A stretch of DNA of 52,604 nucleotides. It comes from a virus (taxonomy: Duplodnaviria > Caudoviricetes). The position numbers were made by a program, and so were the translations under genes. Below are positions 20,640-29,872 of the stretch, piece by piece. The stretch is taken from the IMG/VR virus record IMGVR_UViG_3300030098_002800, positions 1-52,604 of that record. One strand, written 5' to 3'. The notes beneath the pieces were generated by a model. It was given only the letters and a program-made list of their open reading frames with translations. It made no database searches and was not told the origin of the DNA. Within the stretch, counting starts at the first letter, position 1; each line of letters opens with the position of its first letter.

Positions 20640-21320
20640 CTAAAAATTAGCTCCAAGTCCTATAGTTGGAGGGTTTTCATATTCTATTACTAATTTTGGA
20701 TCCCTACTAGTACCTGTATAAGCATCTGTATATATATCACTATCAAAAGATGTTGTATTACTAGGAGCTCCGTCATCATAATCTTTTTTTGTTATTAATG
20801 CTATGCAAAACATTCCGCTATTATCTCCATCAGTTCCAGCTACATCGTTTGCTAGATCTATTGCTGTTGAATTTAAAGTAACTACATGGTAATCTGCAGG
20901 GACTGGTACAGAACCGCTAAATTCATCAGCTAATGCTATCATATCTCCATTACTATTTGTACCTCCAGAAGCATAGATACATTTACCATATGTATTTGAT
21001 GAAACAAGAGATGTAGGTCTGCTATGTTTTACAAAATACATTTCTCCATCAGTGTTATTAAACCATATATACATTTTTAAACTCATAATTGCAGCCCCAT
21101 AAGGAAGTGCAGATTTTAAATCAAAGTTTGCAAAATATCTATAGTTAGTATAACTTATTCCTCCTCTGCCAGAAGTCCTCCAGGATGCAACAGGCCTTAA
21201 AGATGAAGTGCTAAGAAGTGTACTAGTGCTAGTATCTCTAGCATTCTCCCATGAAGTTTGAACAGTTCTAGCTGAAGCTAAATCTACATCTGGATATACG
21301 GTTGCTGTTTGATAAGCCAT
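20640..21320 (-). CDS. Beta-sandwich virion/tail-associated protein (DNRLRE-like)
   Basis: RYFANFDL..LP.GA.I and C-terminal DPKLVIEY pattern. Confidence 0.5.
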   Translation of the reverse strand: MAYQTATVYPDVDLASARTVQTSWENARDTSTSTLLSTSSLRPVASWRTSGRGGISYTNYRYFANFDLKSALPYGAAIMSLKMYIWFNNTDGEMYFVKHSRPTSLVSSNTYGKCIYASGGTNSNGDMIALADEFSGSVPVPADYHVVTLNSTAIDLANDVAGTDGDNSGMFCIALITKKDYDDGAPSNTTSFDSDIYTDAYTGTSRDPKLVIEYENPPTIGLGANF

Positions 21321-21880
21321 TATATAGACACCTTTGGCATATAGTAATTTGAAACTATATTTGTATATGTATTAGAGTCAGGGCTTACTGATACTTGCTC
21401 AAATGCTATATCAATAAATCCATGCTCATTAAATTCTTTTTCAAAGTTATTCCAATATGACACATTTGCTCCTGACTTAGCTTTGGCTTCTATAAATGCT
21501 TTAAAATTAAGCCAACTATCATCATTGAAGGTATCTAAGAATATTCCATCATATGTGCTTAAACTATCCTTCACAGCCCACCAGTCACCTTCTATAACAG
21601 TAACATTAGACTTATCTGCAGCCCATGTATTTAATTTCTCAATAATCTGAGGATGTATTTCTACTATAGTGTGGCTATTAACACCTTGTGCCTGTATATA
21701 ATCAGAACACATTCCCATACCAAACCCTATTTCTAGTATATCACCCTTACCTTGACATATATATTCAGCTGTTTTTTCCATTATAGGACCTTCCCAGCTC
21801 ATCATAACTTCCATGTTATCATAGTCTGTATCTACAATTTTTGTATCGCTAAATGTTAATGTATGATCTTTAAATCCCAT
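21320..21880 (-). CDS. Class I SAM-dependent methyltransferase, GAMT/Rmt2-like
   Basis: VMMSWEGPIM, ILEIGFGMG, HTIVEIHP, GDW and YDGIFLDT match guanidinoacetate/Rmt2 N-methyltransferase motifs. Confidence 0.85.
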   Translation of the reverse strand: MGFKDHTLTFSDTKIVDTDYDNMEVMMSWEGPIMEKTAEYICQGKGDILEIGFGMGMCSDYIQAQGVNSHTIVEIHPQIIEKLNTWAADKSNVTVIEGDWWAVKDSLSTYDGIFLDTFNDDSWLNFKAFIEAKAKSGANVSYWNNFEKEFNEHGFIDIAFEQVSVSPDSNTYTNIVSNYYMPKVSI

Positions 21881-22383
21881 TAACTAAAATCCAACGCTGC
21901 ACTACCAAAGTAGTTTGTTCCATCAAAATAAAAAGTTATAATATCTATATCTCCATTACCTGTTGACAATGTAGGGGCACTTCCACCTGGCCACTTTATA
22001 TCACTATCCCATGTACCTATTTCATCATCACCATCTCCTTGTATAACTTTCAATAGCAAGTTACAAGGACCTCCAGGGTTGGTAAAATTACATGTTATAC
22101 TAGTACCTGTAATAGTAACCTTTTGTTTTTGATTGCTATTCCAATCGATAACTCCAGTTGCTCCATTACCTATAGTATTAGCAGTTTCAGCACCAAAATA
22201 TACAGTATCTGTTGCAAGTATATCTCCTGTTACAGTAAGAAGACTTCCATCAAAAGTTAGGTTTGCTTCTGCTGTAGCTTCATCTGAATTATTATATGTC
22301 GCTACACCATTAGCAGTAGACCCGTCCCATGAAATTCCACTACCACCACTACTACTAGTTGCTTTTATTAATTTTGTTCCCAT
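21880..22383 (-). CDS. Tail fibre-related protein
   Basis: AEANLTFDG and IKWPGGSAPTLS...DIITF patterns of phage fibre modules. Confidence 0.65.
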   Translation of the reverse strand: MGTKLIKATSSSGGSGISWDGSTANGVATYNNSDEATAEANLTFDGSLLTVTGDILATDTVYFGAETANTIGNGATGVIDWNSNQKQKVTITGTSITCNFTNPGGPCNLLLKVIQGDGDDEIGTWDSDIKWPGGSAPTLSTGNGDIDIITFYFDGTNYFGSAALDFS

Positions 22384-23078
22384 TATTTAACTATGCTCAC
22401 ATTTACTTTTTGAGAAGCTGCACTTCCATCTATATATATATTTGCTATATTGGCTACTGGTAATATCAATGTATCACCTGCATTTAATCTTATGCCATTT
22501 GTATCAGCTGCAGCATTGCTTCCACCTACCATTATATAGCCACTATTATCATTGTCAGCTTGTATTATTACTTCTTTAGCTGCAGTTTCTGTAACGTTGA
22601 TACCATTGCTAGCATGAGTTAATGCTGTAGGACTCTCAGCTGCATCAAATTGAGCGTAAGAAGTAAATGTTCCATGCCCTGCTGGATATACTGTAGTTAA
22701 TACATCCACATCACCTATATTATTAGTTCCTGCTGCTAAAGATGTATATGTTAATAGTTTTCCATTTTGATCTACTTGGAGAGGCCCAACATCTCCATCA
22801 GTTATACTTTGTGGTGAAGATTGATATAAACCTCCTATTAATAAATGCTTGCTTGATCCATTGGTCCAATCAGCATCATCTGCATAAATAACAGAAGCTA
22901 AATGATCTTTTGTTTCTTCAGTATTACTAGCAATATTATCTATATTTGGATTGTCTATAGTTATGCTACCACTTGCATCTGCAATATTTACATCAAGCCT
23001 ATTATTAGTTACTGTAACTACATCACCATCAGCATCAACTATAGTCCTGGCAATTCCTAACCCTACATTAGACATCAA
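22383..23078 (-). CDS. Structural (fibre/decoration) protein
   Basis: LAAGTNNIGDVD and IQAD.DNSG.I.VG...GIRLNAGD beta-rich motifs. Confidence 0.55.
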   Translation of the reverse strand: MMSNVGLGIARTIVDADGDVVTVTNNRLDVNIADASGSITIDNPNIDNIASNTEETKDHLASVIYADDADWTNGSSKHLLIGGLYQSSPQSITDGDVGPLQVDQNGKLLTYTSLAAGTNNIGDVDVLTTVYPAGHGTFTSYAQFDAAESPTALTHASNGINVTETAAKEVIIQADNDNSGYIMVGGSNAAADTNGIRLNAGDTLILPVANIANIYIDGSAASQKVNVSIVK

Positions 23079-24033
23079 ATACCTCTTTTAATCCTGCTTT
23101 ATCAATTAAGTCAATTTGGTTTTTCATTTTTAATCTTGCTATTTCAGATAGAAAATTAAGTTTAAAAGCCTCAGCATTCTTTTTCACTTTTAAGGAAGTT
23201 TCTTTTTCAGACTCTATAGAAGACTTTACATTTAAAAGTTTCTTTTCAGATTTCTCAATATAAGCTTCTAGTGACTTTATTTTTTTTTCTGTGGCTTTAA
23301 GTTCATCTTTAGCTTTAGATTCATTTAAAGATATCATCTCTTCTGATTCTTTTACTTTAGCATCCATATCTTTCATTATATCTTTAATGCTAAGTTCTAA
23401 AGATTCTTTTTCAACCTTTAATGCTCCTATAGAATCTTGAGCTTCATCTATTTCTTTGTCTAAATCTTCTAATTTAGAAACTCTAGTTTTTAAGTTTAAA
23501 TCAAACTGAGATTCACTTTCTTCTATTGAACTTAAAAGGTCAGACTCAGTGCTTTCAAGCTCTTCAATACTAGATTCCAATTTAGCTATATTCCCAGACA
23601 TCTTTTTACTATCTAAAGACAAAGATAACTTTTCAGACTTTAATAGAGAAATAGACTTTTCAAGTTTATCGAAAGATTTTTGTTTAGATATTATCTTTTT
23701 ATCTGCATCTTCAATAGACTTTAAGCAATCTAATTCTGACTTTTTTAATTCCTTTACAGTAGAGGTTAACTTACTTTTTTCAGACTTTAGCTTTAAATTA
23801 TCCTGCTTAACTTTCAAGGAACTATCTTTTATATTCTTTGTTTCTTTTTTAATGCTTTCAATCTCAAGATTAGAGCTTTTTATAGATTTACTTAATACAT
23901 CACTTTCAGCTTTTAATGAATCTAATTTTGATTCCATAGTTTTATTTTGTGATGCTAGTTTTTTATTTGCAGCTAATTTAGCTTTATCTAAATCTTCAGG
24001 CTTTACTAACCGTTTATTTTTATTCCCAAACAT
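23068..24033 (-). CDS. Long coiled-coil protein
   Basis: 321 aa, K/E/S/L heptads over almost its whole length. Confidence 0.7.
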   Translation of the reverse strand: MFGNKNKRLVKPEDLDKAKLAANKKLASQNKTMESKLDSLKAESDVLSKSIKSSNLEIESIKKETKNIKDSSLKVKQDNLKLKSEKSKLTSTVKELKKSELDCLKSIEDADKKIISKQKSFDKLEKSISLLKSEKLSLSLDSKKMSGNIAKLESSIEELESTESDLLSSIEESESQFDLNLKTRVSKLEDLDKEIDEAQDSIGALKVEKESLELSIKDIMKDMDAKVKESEEMISLNESKAKDELKATEKKIKSLEAYIEKSEKKLLNVKSSIESEKETSLKVKKNAEAFKLNFLSEIARLKMKNQIDLIDKAGLKEVFDV

Positions 24034-24042
24034 AATATCTCC

Positions 24043-24402
24043 TTAATGAAATGAAAGCAATGACACAGTATCACCTGCAGTTCCATCACTAGTAGCAACT
24101 GATAATGAAGTCATTAAAACTCCAGTTAAAGTAAATGGAAGATCTCCAGCGTCAATATCTATAACACTTGAACCTCCCTTCCCATTTATAGTTAAGGAAA
24201 GAACATCAGCAGCTTCTAATGTTGTTGCTGCACCAGGCACAACATATAAAACTATTTTTTTTGCTGGGTTTGCTTCTGTTATATATGTAGCAGTATCAGT
24301 ACCACTCATATCTAATACTTCGTAATTCCAATCAGTATAAGCATCAAAGTTATTTGCTTCTTGTACTGTAAACTCATGTAGTCCTTTATTATTTCTAGCC
24401 AT
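24043..24402 (-). CDS. Small structural protein
   Basis: 119 aa, beta-rich, AAGGAG RBS. Confidence 0.6.
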   Translation of the reverse strand: MARNNKGLHEFTVQEANNFDAYTDWNYEVLDMSGTDTATYITEANPAKKIVLYVVPGAATTLEAADVLSLTINGKGGSSVIDIDAGDLPFTLTGVLMTSLSVATSDGTAGDTVSLLSFH

Positions 24403-24455
24403 TTTTATCTCCTTTGTTAGGTGTGCTTAAAGCTCCTGGCGGGAGCATGAATGCA

Positions 24456-25091
24456 CTATAGTTTAGTACTCAAGTTCCATACACCTTGGGCAATACGTGG
24501 CCCTGAATGTTTAGAGCTAGAGTGTTTTTCCATTATTTTCTTAAATTCTCTCATAAAGTATTCTTTAGTTTTATAATCTTTAGAGTCTTCTGCTATCTTT
24601 GCTTTTAAAAAATATACTAACGCACCTTGCAAATATCTTGGTATATCTATCTCAAATGATTCATCCTCCATAGCATCTACATTATACGTTAAAGTAGATG
24701 TTTCAGTAACAGTACCACCATTATATAAAGTATTTAAAACTACTGTAGTACTATTTGATGTAGCTGCATTTACTTTATGGATGCCATTGAATCTATCTGA
24801 TCCAGTTATTAATAAAGTATCATCAAGTGCAAAGCTTGCAGTTGCAGTCATAGTAACTTGCAACTTTCCTCCGCTTTCAGTATATCCGCTTATTGATCTT
24901 GTATCAGAAGCATCGGTTACTCTGTATTCAGGAATATAGGTATATTTTATTTCAAGACCATCTGCTACAGTGCTTATAGGGCTTTTATACTTTCCATATT
25001 CACTAGTAGATATATTAGCACTTGAATCATCTTTTTCTATTATAGCAAGTTTATTACCTTCTACATAATATGCATAACTTTTAATTGCCAT
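24456..25091 (-). CDS. Head-tail adaptor-like protein
   Basis: C-terminal IDIPRYLQGALVYFLKAK...EYFMREF helix pattern of adaptor/ring proteins, with a central beta insertion. Confidence 0.55.
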   Translation of the reverse strand: MAIKSYAYYVEGNKLAIIEKDDSSANISTSEYGKYKSPISTVADGLEIKYTYIPEYRVTDASDTRSISGYTESGGKLQVTMTATASFALDDTLLITGSDRFNGIHKVNAATSNSTTVVLNTLYNGGTVTETSTLTYNVDAMEDESFEIDIPRYLQGALVYFLKAKIAEDSKDYKTKEYFMREFKKIMEKHSSSKHSGPRIAQGVWNLSTKL

Positions 25092-25362
25092 CTTCGTCTA
25101 CCACCTCTGGACGGTATATGGATCTAGGAATAGATCTATATTTATTATCCTCGTTATTATGATTTTTACATCTTATATCTATTAACTTTACAGCTTCATT
25201 AGGGATGTTATAAAATCTTTGATCAGACGTTATATCTATTCTTTCAGTTCTAACATGCGTTTCAGATTGAAGATTAATTTCTTCTAATGCATCTTTTATA
25301 TATGCAATAGCTCTTCCTGTCTCCCTTATACCAGCTCTATCCATTATTTCTTTTATTTTCAT
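25081..25362 (-). CDS. Head-tail adaptor-like protein (N-terminal-type half)
   Basis: MKIKEIMDR...AYIKDALEEI...IDITSDQRFYNIP resembles adaptor N-termini. Confidence 0.55.
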   Translation of the reverse strand: MKIKEIMDRAGIRETGRAIAYIKDALEEINLQSETHVRTERIDITSDQRFYNIPNEAVKLIDIRCKNHNNEDNKYRSIPRSIYRPEVVDEDGN

Positions 25363-25559
25363 TATTCCTCGCTATCATCTAGTTGTTCTAAAACCTCTAT
25401 TGCCCCTGATGCTTTAAGTGCCATCTCTTTATGATATTGAGATTGACGCTCATGCTGAGCCATTTGAGATTTTAGATTTTCAATAACTTCTTTAATTTCT
25501 GGTTTTTCCATTTTCTTAGCTTGCTTTTTATATTCTTTTTTAACTTCACTCATTTTCAC
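25362..25559 (-). CDS. Small coiled-coil protein (possible fibre chaperone)
   Basis: 65 aa ending KASGAIEVLEQL, directly after the tail fibre gene. Confidence 0.55.
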   Translation of the reverse strand: MKMSEVKKEYKKQAKKMEKPEIKEVIENLKSQMAQHERQSQYHKEMALKASGAIEVLEQLDDSEE

Positions 25560-25568
25560 TCCTTTTTA

Positions 25569-27110
25569 TCAACTTACAGTTGCACTCATCATTGTTGCAA
25601 CATTTGAACCAGCAGCACATGTTAACATCCCGCTTACAGCCCATTGATGTTCAGCTATATCAATTAATTCTATATAATCTCCAATCGCCCCACCACCAGT
25701 GGTTGTACCATTTAATGTTATAGTATCTGTAGTTGCAGCTGTTACATAAGAAACTGGGGTAGTAGAATCTGCATCTGTAAGAATTATTTGACCATCAATA
25801 GTAGTATCGCCATCAAGTACTTTAAATACATAACTACTTGTATTAACAACACTAACTGTAAATCTGTATACATTTCCTGTTCCTGAAGCATCAGGTAATG
25901 TCAATGTTACTAATGCATTACCACCAACTTCACCTAATAGATTAGTTCTACCTGCATGCTCAGCTGCTGTTATAGCATCAGTAGCTGTTATAGTTACTAG
26001 TCCAGTAGTAAAAGAACCATTAACTTGTAATTTAGTTGTTGGACTTGAAGTTCCTATTCCAACCTTACCATCGGCCTCTATTCTCATCTTTTCAGTCACA
26101 AGCATATCATCGCTATCACCTCCAGTTCCAAAGGCTAAACCTTGATTCATAGTGCCTGAACCTGTCTCTCCGTTAAATCCTATCCAGGCCATATAAGTAG
26201 AATCAACCCTAGCTTGTATTCTATATTGAGCTGATTCCCAGCCTGACCCAGAAGAGGCAGTAGATATTCTTAATTTTCTAATAAATAATTCATCATCGTG
26301 AGATGTGTCAGCACCAAATCTCATAAGTTCAATAGAATCGCCCTCACTTGAGCCTAAATCAGTTTCCTCATTTACATCAAGAAGAGCTTCTGGAGCTGTA
26401 GTTCCTATTCCAACTTTACCGTCAGCTTTCATTCTCATAACCTCTTGAGAGCTATCTCCAGTACGGAAGCAAATCATATCGTCAGCATTGTGTGTAATAA
26501 TACTTAAAAGATTATCAGCACTTTTCCATTGTATTGCAGCTCCTAGACTGTCAGCAGGTGAGCCAAAGGCCAATGACGATGCAGATGCATTTGGACTTAA
26601 TATAGATATTCCCGCATTTCCAGAATTTTCTACTACAAGGTCATCCATATCTACATGTGCTGTTACACTCCCAGCTGTAGCTGTATGAACATGCAGAGTT
26701 CCATCTGGAGCTGCAGTTCCTATGCCAACTCTGTTGTTACTTCCATCTACACTTAAAGTAGTACTATCTACAGAGAATCCATTAGTTCCTCCTGATGTTA
26801 CAAAATTAGTATCTTGAGTAAGAGTTACAGTAGCAGCATTTATTGTTAAAGCAGGAGTATCAGCTGCAACCTTAAATATACTTGTACCACCAGTTTGTTG
26901 AACTTCAAATGCAGAAGCATTACTAGTGTCTACACCTTTAATTAAAATCTTTTCATCATCTATCTGTAATGCTGATTTACCTATATCTGTAGATACAATC
27001 TTTAAAGTATTTTCTGCAATACCAGAGGCATTATCAAGAAATAAAACTTGATCAAAACTATCTTTAATTCTTGTTGCTGTCAATCTATTACTTGGTACTG
27101 TTAACGCCAT
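25569..27110 (-). CDS. Tail fibre protein
   Basis: Three VGIGTxxP...L(H/D/Q)V repeats typical of fibre shafts. Confidence 0.8.
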   Translation of the reverse strand: MALTVPSNRLTATRIKDSFDQVLFLDNASGIAENTLKIVSTDIGKSALQIDDEKILIKGVDTSNASAFEVQQTGGTSIFKVAADTPALTINAATVTLTQDTNFVTSGGTNGFSVDSTTLSVDGSNNRVGIGTAAPDGTLHVHTATAGSVTAHVDMDDLVVENSGNAGISILSPNASASSLAFGSPADSLGAAIQWKSADNLLSIITHNADDMICFRTGDSSQEVMRMKADGKVGIGTTAPEALLDVNEETDLGSSEGDSIELMRFGADTSHDDELFIRKLRISTASSGSGWESAQYRIQARVDSTYMAWIGFNGETGSGTMNQGLAFGTGGDSDDMLVTEKMRIEADGKVGIGTSSPTTKLQVNGSFTTGLVTITATDAITAAEHAGRTNLLGEVGGNALVTLTLPDASGTGNVYRFTVSVVNTSSYVFKVLDGDTTIDGQIILTDADSTTPVSYVTAATTDTITLNGTTTGGGAIGDYIELIDIAEHQWAVSGMLTCAAGSNVATMMSATVS

Positions 27111-27119
27111 TCTATCCCC

Positions 27120-27701
27120 CTAAATCAATATTGCTTTAATTGTAGTTGATTCACTGCTAGCACATTTACAATAAAATTCATAACCACTAACTATATTAGT
27201 ATTTCCTACTCCAGATCCACCTGGATCCCTAGTTGGTGCAATCCAAGTTACACCTGGAGGTACTATAATCCCCCAATTAGCAGTAGACCCGCTTAGCTTT
27301 GAACTTATTAATAAATTATTAGTACTGCCTGTATTTTCTATATATATAGCATTCCATTGAATAGTAGCAGAGCCTGAAAGTTCTTCAAATGGATTTATAG
27401 CTGAATCTCCTACAGTCATAGTTTCATTCCAACATAGCATATTTCCATCACTTGAAGCATCCCACATAGGATATGCTGCATCCCATAAGTCATGTGACAT
27501 GGTTCTAGTTTTTTGGCTATGAATTGTAGAGTGAACATCTTTTATATATCTTTTTCCACCAGCTATTGTTTTGCTATCTATCCTAATAATTTCTTTTTCA
27601 TATCCATGGTTTGTAGCTGTTGAACTTATGTCATTATCTCTTTCTTGATAGTAATAAGGTTTAAACGAGCCTATTATTGATACTTTTGAATATGTAGCCA
27701 T
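27120..27701 (-). CDS. Structural protein
   Basis: 193 aa, beta-rich, within the virion operon. Confidence 0.55.
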   Translation of the reverse strand: MATYSKVSIIGSFKPYYYQERDNDISSTATNHGYEKEIIRIDSKTIAGGKRYIKDVHSTIHSQKTRTMSHDLWDAAYPMWDASSDGNMLCWNETMTVGDSAINPFEELSGSATIQWNAIYIENTGSTNNLLISSKLSGSTANWGIIVPPGVTWIAPTRDPGGSGVGNTNIVSGYEFYCKCASSESTTIKAILI

Positions 27702-27703
27702 AA

Positions 27704-28147
27704 TTAACCTATTTTATAATATTTAAATGTAGCAGTTGTATCAGAAGCTTCTTGCTCAACGTAAACAGTAGAAGTTCCATCAAAATAAGATTGAAAAAAA
27801 TCACCCTTTTGCAGTCTTATATAAGAATCATTAGAATCACCTGGATCTGAACTCCCAGATGCAACACATCTAAGTGAAAATTCTCCATCCCCACCTACAT
27901 GTTCTATCCATAAAAATTGAGGAGTTGCTAAACTGTATTTTGTTCCATTTGTTAAGGTATGAATCCCATTGTAATCTGTGCTACTATCAATAGTAACAAG
28001 AGATTTAGTTCCATATCTATCAGGAAGAAAACTAGAATTATTTCTAAATATTCTTAAAGTCCCACCTTGGTCATAACCACTAGCAGTGCTATTATCAGTT
28101 GTAGATACCTTTAAACTATTTGTTGATTCAATTTTATAAAGAGGCAT
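27704..28147 (-). CDS. Structural protein
   Basis: 147 aa, beta-rich, within the virion operon. Confidence 0.55.
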   Translation of the reverse strand: MPLYKIESTNSLKVSTTDNSTASGYDQGGTLRIFRNNSSFLPDRYGTKSLVTIDSSTDYNGIHTLTNGTKYSLATPQFLWIEHVGGDGEFSLRCVASGSSDPGDSNDSYIRLQKGDFFQSYFDGTSTVYVEQEASDTTATFKYYKIG

Positions 28148-28149
28148 AG

Positions 28150-29289
28150 TTAAGCTTGCATACCTCCTTTATCGTCTTTTTGTTGCTGTTTTATCGATTG
28201 AGCAGGCATACCAAATCCTGCATTATATTCACCCATTAATCTCTGGTAAAGTTGTAAATACCAATTATATTTACCTTGCTTGTCTTGTAAGTCAGATTGA
28301 ACTCTTGCTTGGTATTCTTGAACTTCAGCTGAATACTTTTGTATTTTTTGAGCATCATCTTGTGATGTCATTTGAGCTTGTCTTATTGACTTTTGTAGCT
28401 CTGCTTGATATTTAGCATTAGCTTCATTAAATTCATTTACTTGATTCAACATTGCCTTTTCATATGATTCACTATAAGCTCTGATCTTTGCTAGCTGTGC
28501 TCCTGCTAGTTCTACATCTTCTTCATCTTCTATAAGAGTTCCTAAAACTTCCCACCAGTCACTAACATCTTGAAAGTCAGCATCTGTACCAATAGTTCCA
28601 TCGGTAATGGTAGCTGTTAATTCTTCCACTGCACCGCCAACAACAGGAGGTGTATACGTAGGAGCTGACTCTGAAAATGAAATAGTTGTATCAGATAATG
28701 TAGGAACTTCTGGAGGTGCAGACCATATAATATCTGTAGTTGTCATATCTCCCACCATTGCAAGCACACATCTACTAGCTGCATATAATACTATTAAATA
28801 AGAATATTCACTTGGAAAGTTATCAACAGCATCAGGATAATTATCATTATATGTAAGGCCATTATCATAATGTACTTGTTGTACTCTTATTTCATTATTA
28901 CCAGAATCTGTAGCGGCAGGAACTGAATATATCTTACCTTGCATTTCATAAAACGCTGGATTGTATTTTGATCTATATCTTATACTTTCTTTATCTGTAG
29001 CATCATATCTAATGCTAGGATCTATTTGAGTGCATTTTCTTAATATAGTATCACTATCATGCTCTCTTACTACGGAAAGAATAGGTCCAGTCTTAATAAC
29101 ATAATCATTACCATCTGATTGATCCTCTCCTGAAAATCTATAAGCCTCATTAGGCTTCACAAGTAGCATTCTATTTACAACCTGTCTAAGTCCATCTACT
29201 ATGAAATTAGTCAAGTCTGTATTAGATGTTATTGAAGTATCCAATGATTGTCCCATTGCTGCTTCTACTTGATCTTTAAAAGTTGCCAT
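28150..29289 (-). CDS. Head-tail adaptor/ring protein with coiled-coil extension
   Basis: FPSEYSYLIVLYAA motif and Gln-rich helical C-terminal half; first gene after the capsid genes. Confidence 0.55.
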   Translation of the reverse strand: MATFKDQVEAAMGQSLDTSITSNTDLTNFIVDGLRQVVNRMLLVKPNEAYRFSGEDQSDGNDYVIKTGPILSVVREHDSDTILRKCTQIDPSIRYDATDKESIRYRSKYNPAFYEMQGKIYSVPAATDSGNNEIRVQQVHYDNGLTYNDNYPDAVDNFPSEYSYLIVLYAASRCVLAMVGDMTTTDIIWSAPPEVPTLSDTTISFSESAPTYTPPVVGGAVEELTATITDGTIGTDADFQDVSDWWEVLGTLIEDEEDVELAGAQLAKIRAYSESYEKAMLNQVNEFNEANAKYQAELQKSIRQAQMTSQDDAQKIQKYSAEVQEYQARVQSDLQDKQGKYNWYLQLYQRLMGEYNAGFGMPAQSIKQQQKDDKGGMQA

Positions 29290-29308
29290 AAAATTCCTTT
29301 GGTTAAGT

Positions 29309-29339
29309 AACTCTGCCCCTAGAGACTAGAGGCAGAATT
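29309..29339 (-). terminator. Hairpin after capsid genes (terminator or processing site)
   Basis: On the minus strand TCTGCCTCTAG-TCT-CTAGGGGCAGA; weak U-tract. Confidence 0.5.
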
Positions 29340-29351
29340 ATTATTTACTTA

Positions 29352-29861
29352 CTAATCGACATCTACAAATATTGCAGATCCATCGCCATTTGGGTCTGAA
29401 TCCCCTTCAACTACGCCTTCAACAAACCATTGGGTTGCTGAAACGCAAGTTAATTGAATCCAAGTACCAGGACCGCAACCTGTATGTTCTACATTGTCAT
29501 CTAACTGTATTTGGCAGTCATCAGAAGCAGCTTGAATCATGGTGTTTAAAGCAGCAGCAGTATGATACATAACCGCTCCTACAAAATCATCTCCACCTGA
29601 ATCAGTGCTGTCACCTGTGTTTATAAGTGTAGCATCATTATCTGCAGCTACAACAACAAACTTATAGGTAACACCAATTAGATCTACAGAGCACGCAGGA
29701 AGCGTGATTGTAGCAGCACCACTATTTCCAATAACAAAAATAGTTCCACTGTCTGCAGCTGTTAAAGTTAAAGTTGATATATCTTTAACTCTTACACCTG
29801 AAGGAGCTAATTGATCTAAAGCTTTTCCTGCACCTTCTTGATTGTACTGTGGTATAGCCAT
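29352..29861 (-). CDS. Auxiliary capsid / decoration protein
   Basis: Follows the MCP. LTAADSG...ITLP...G..YKF pattern. Start moved to MAIPQ (GAGGT RBS). Confidence 0.65.
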   Translation of the reverse strand: MAIPQYNQEGAGKALDQLAPSGVRVKDISTLTLTAADSGTIFVIGNSGAATITLPACSVDLIGVTYKFVVVAADNDATLINTGDSTDSGGDDFVGAVMYHTAAALNTMIQAASDDCQIQLDDNVEHTGCGPGTWIQLTCVSATQWFVEGVVEGDSDPNGDGSAIFVDVD

Positions 29862-29872
29862 TATGTACCTCA

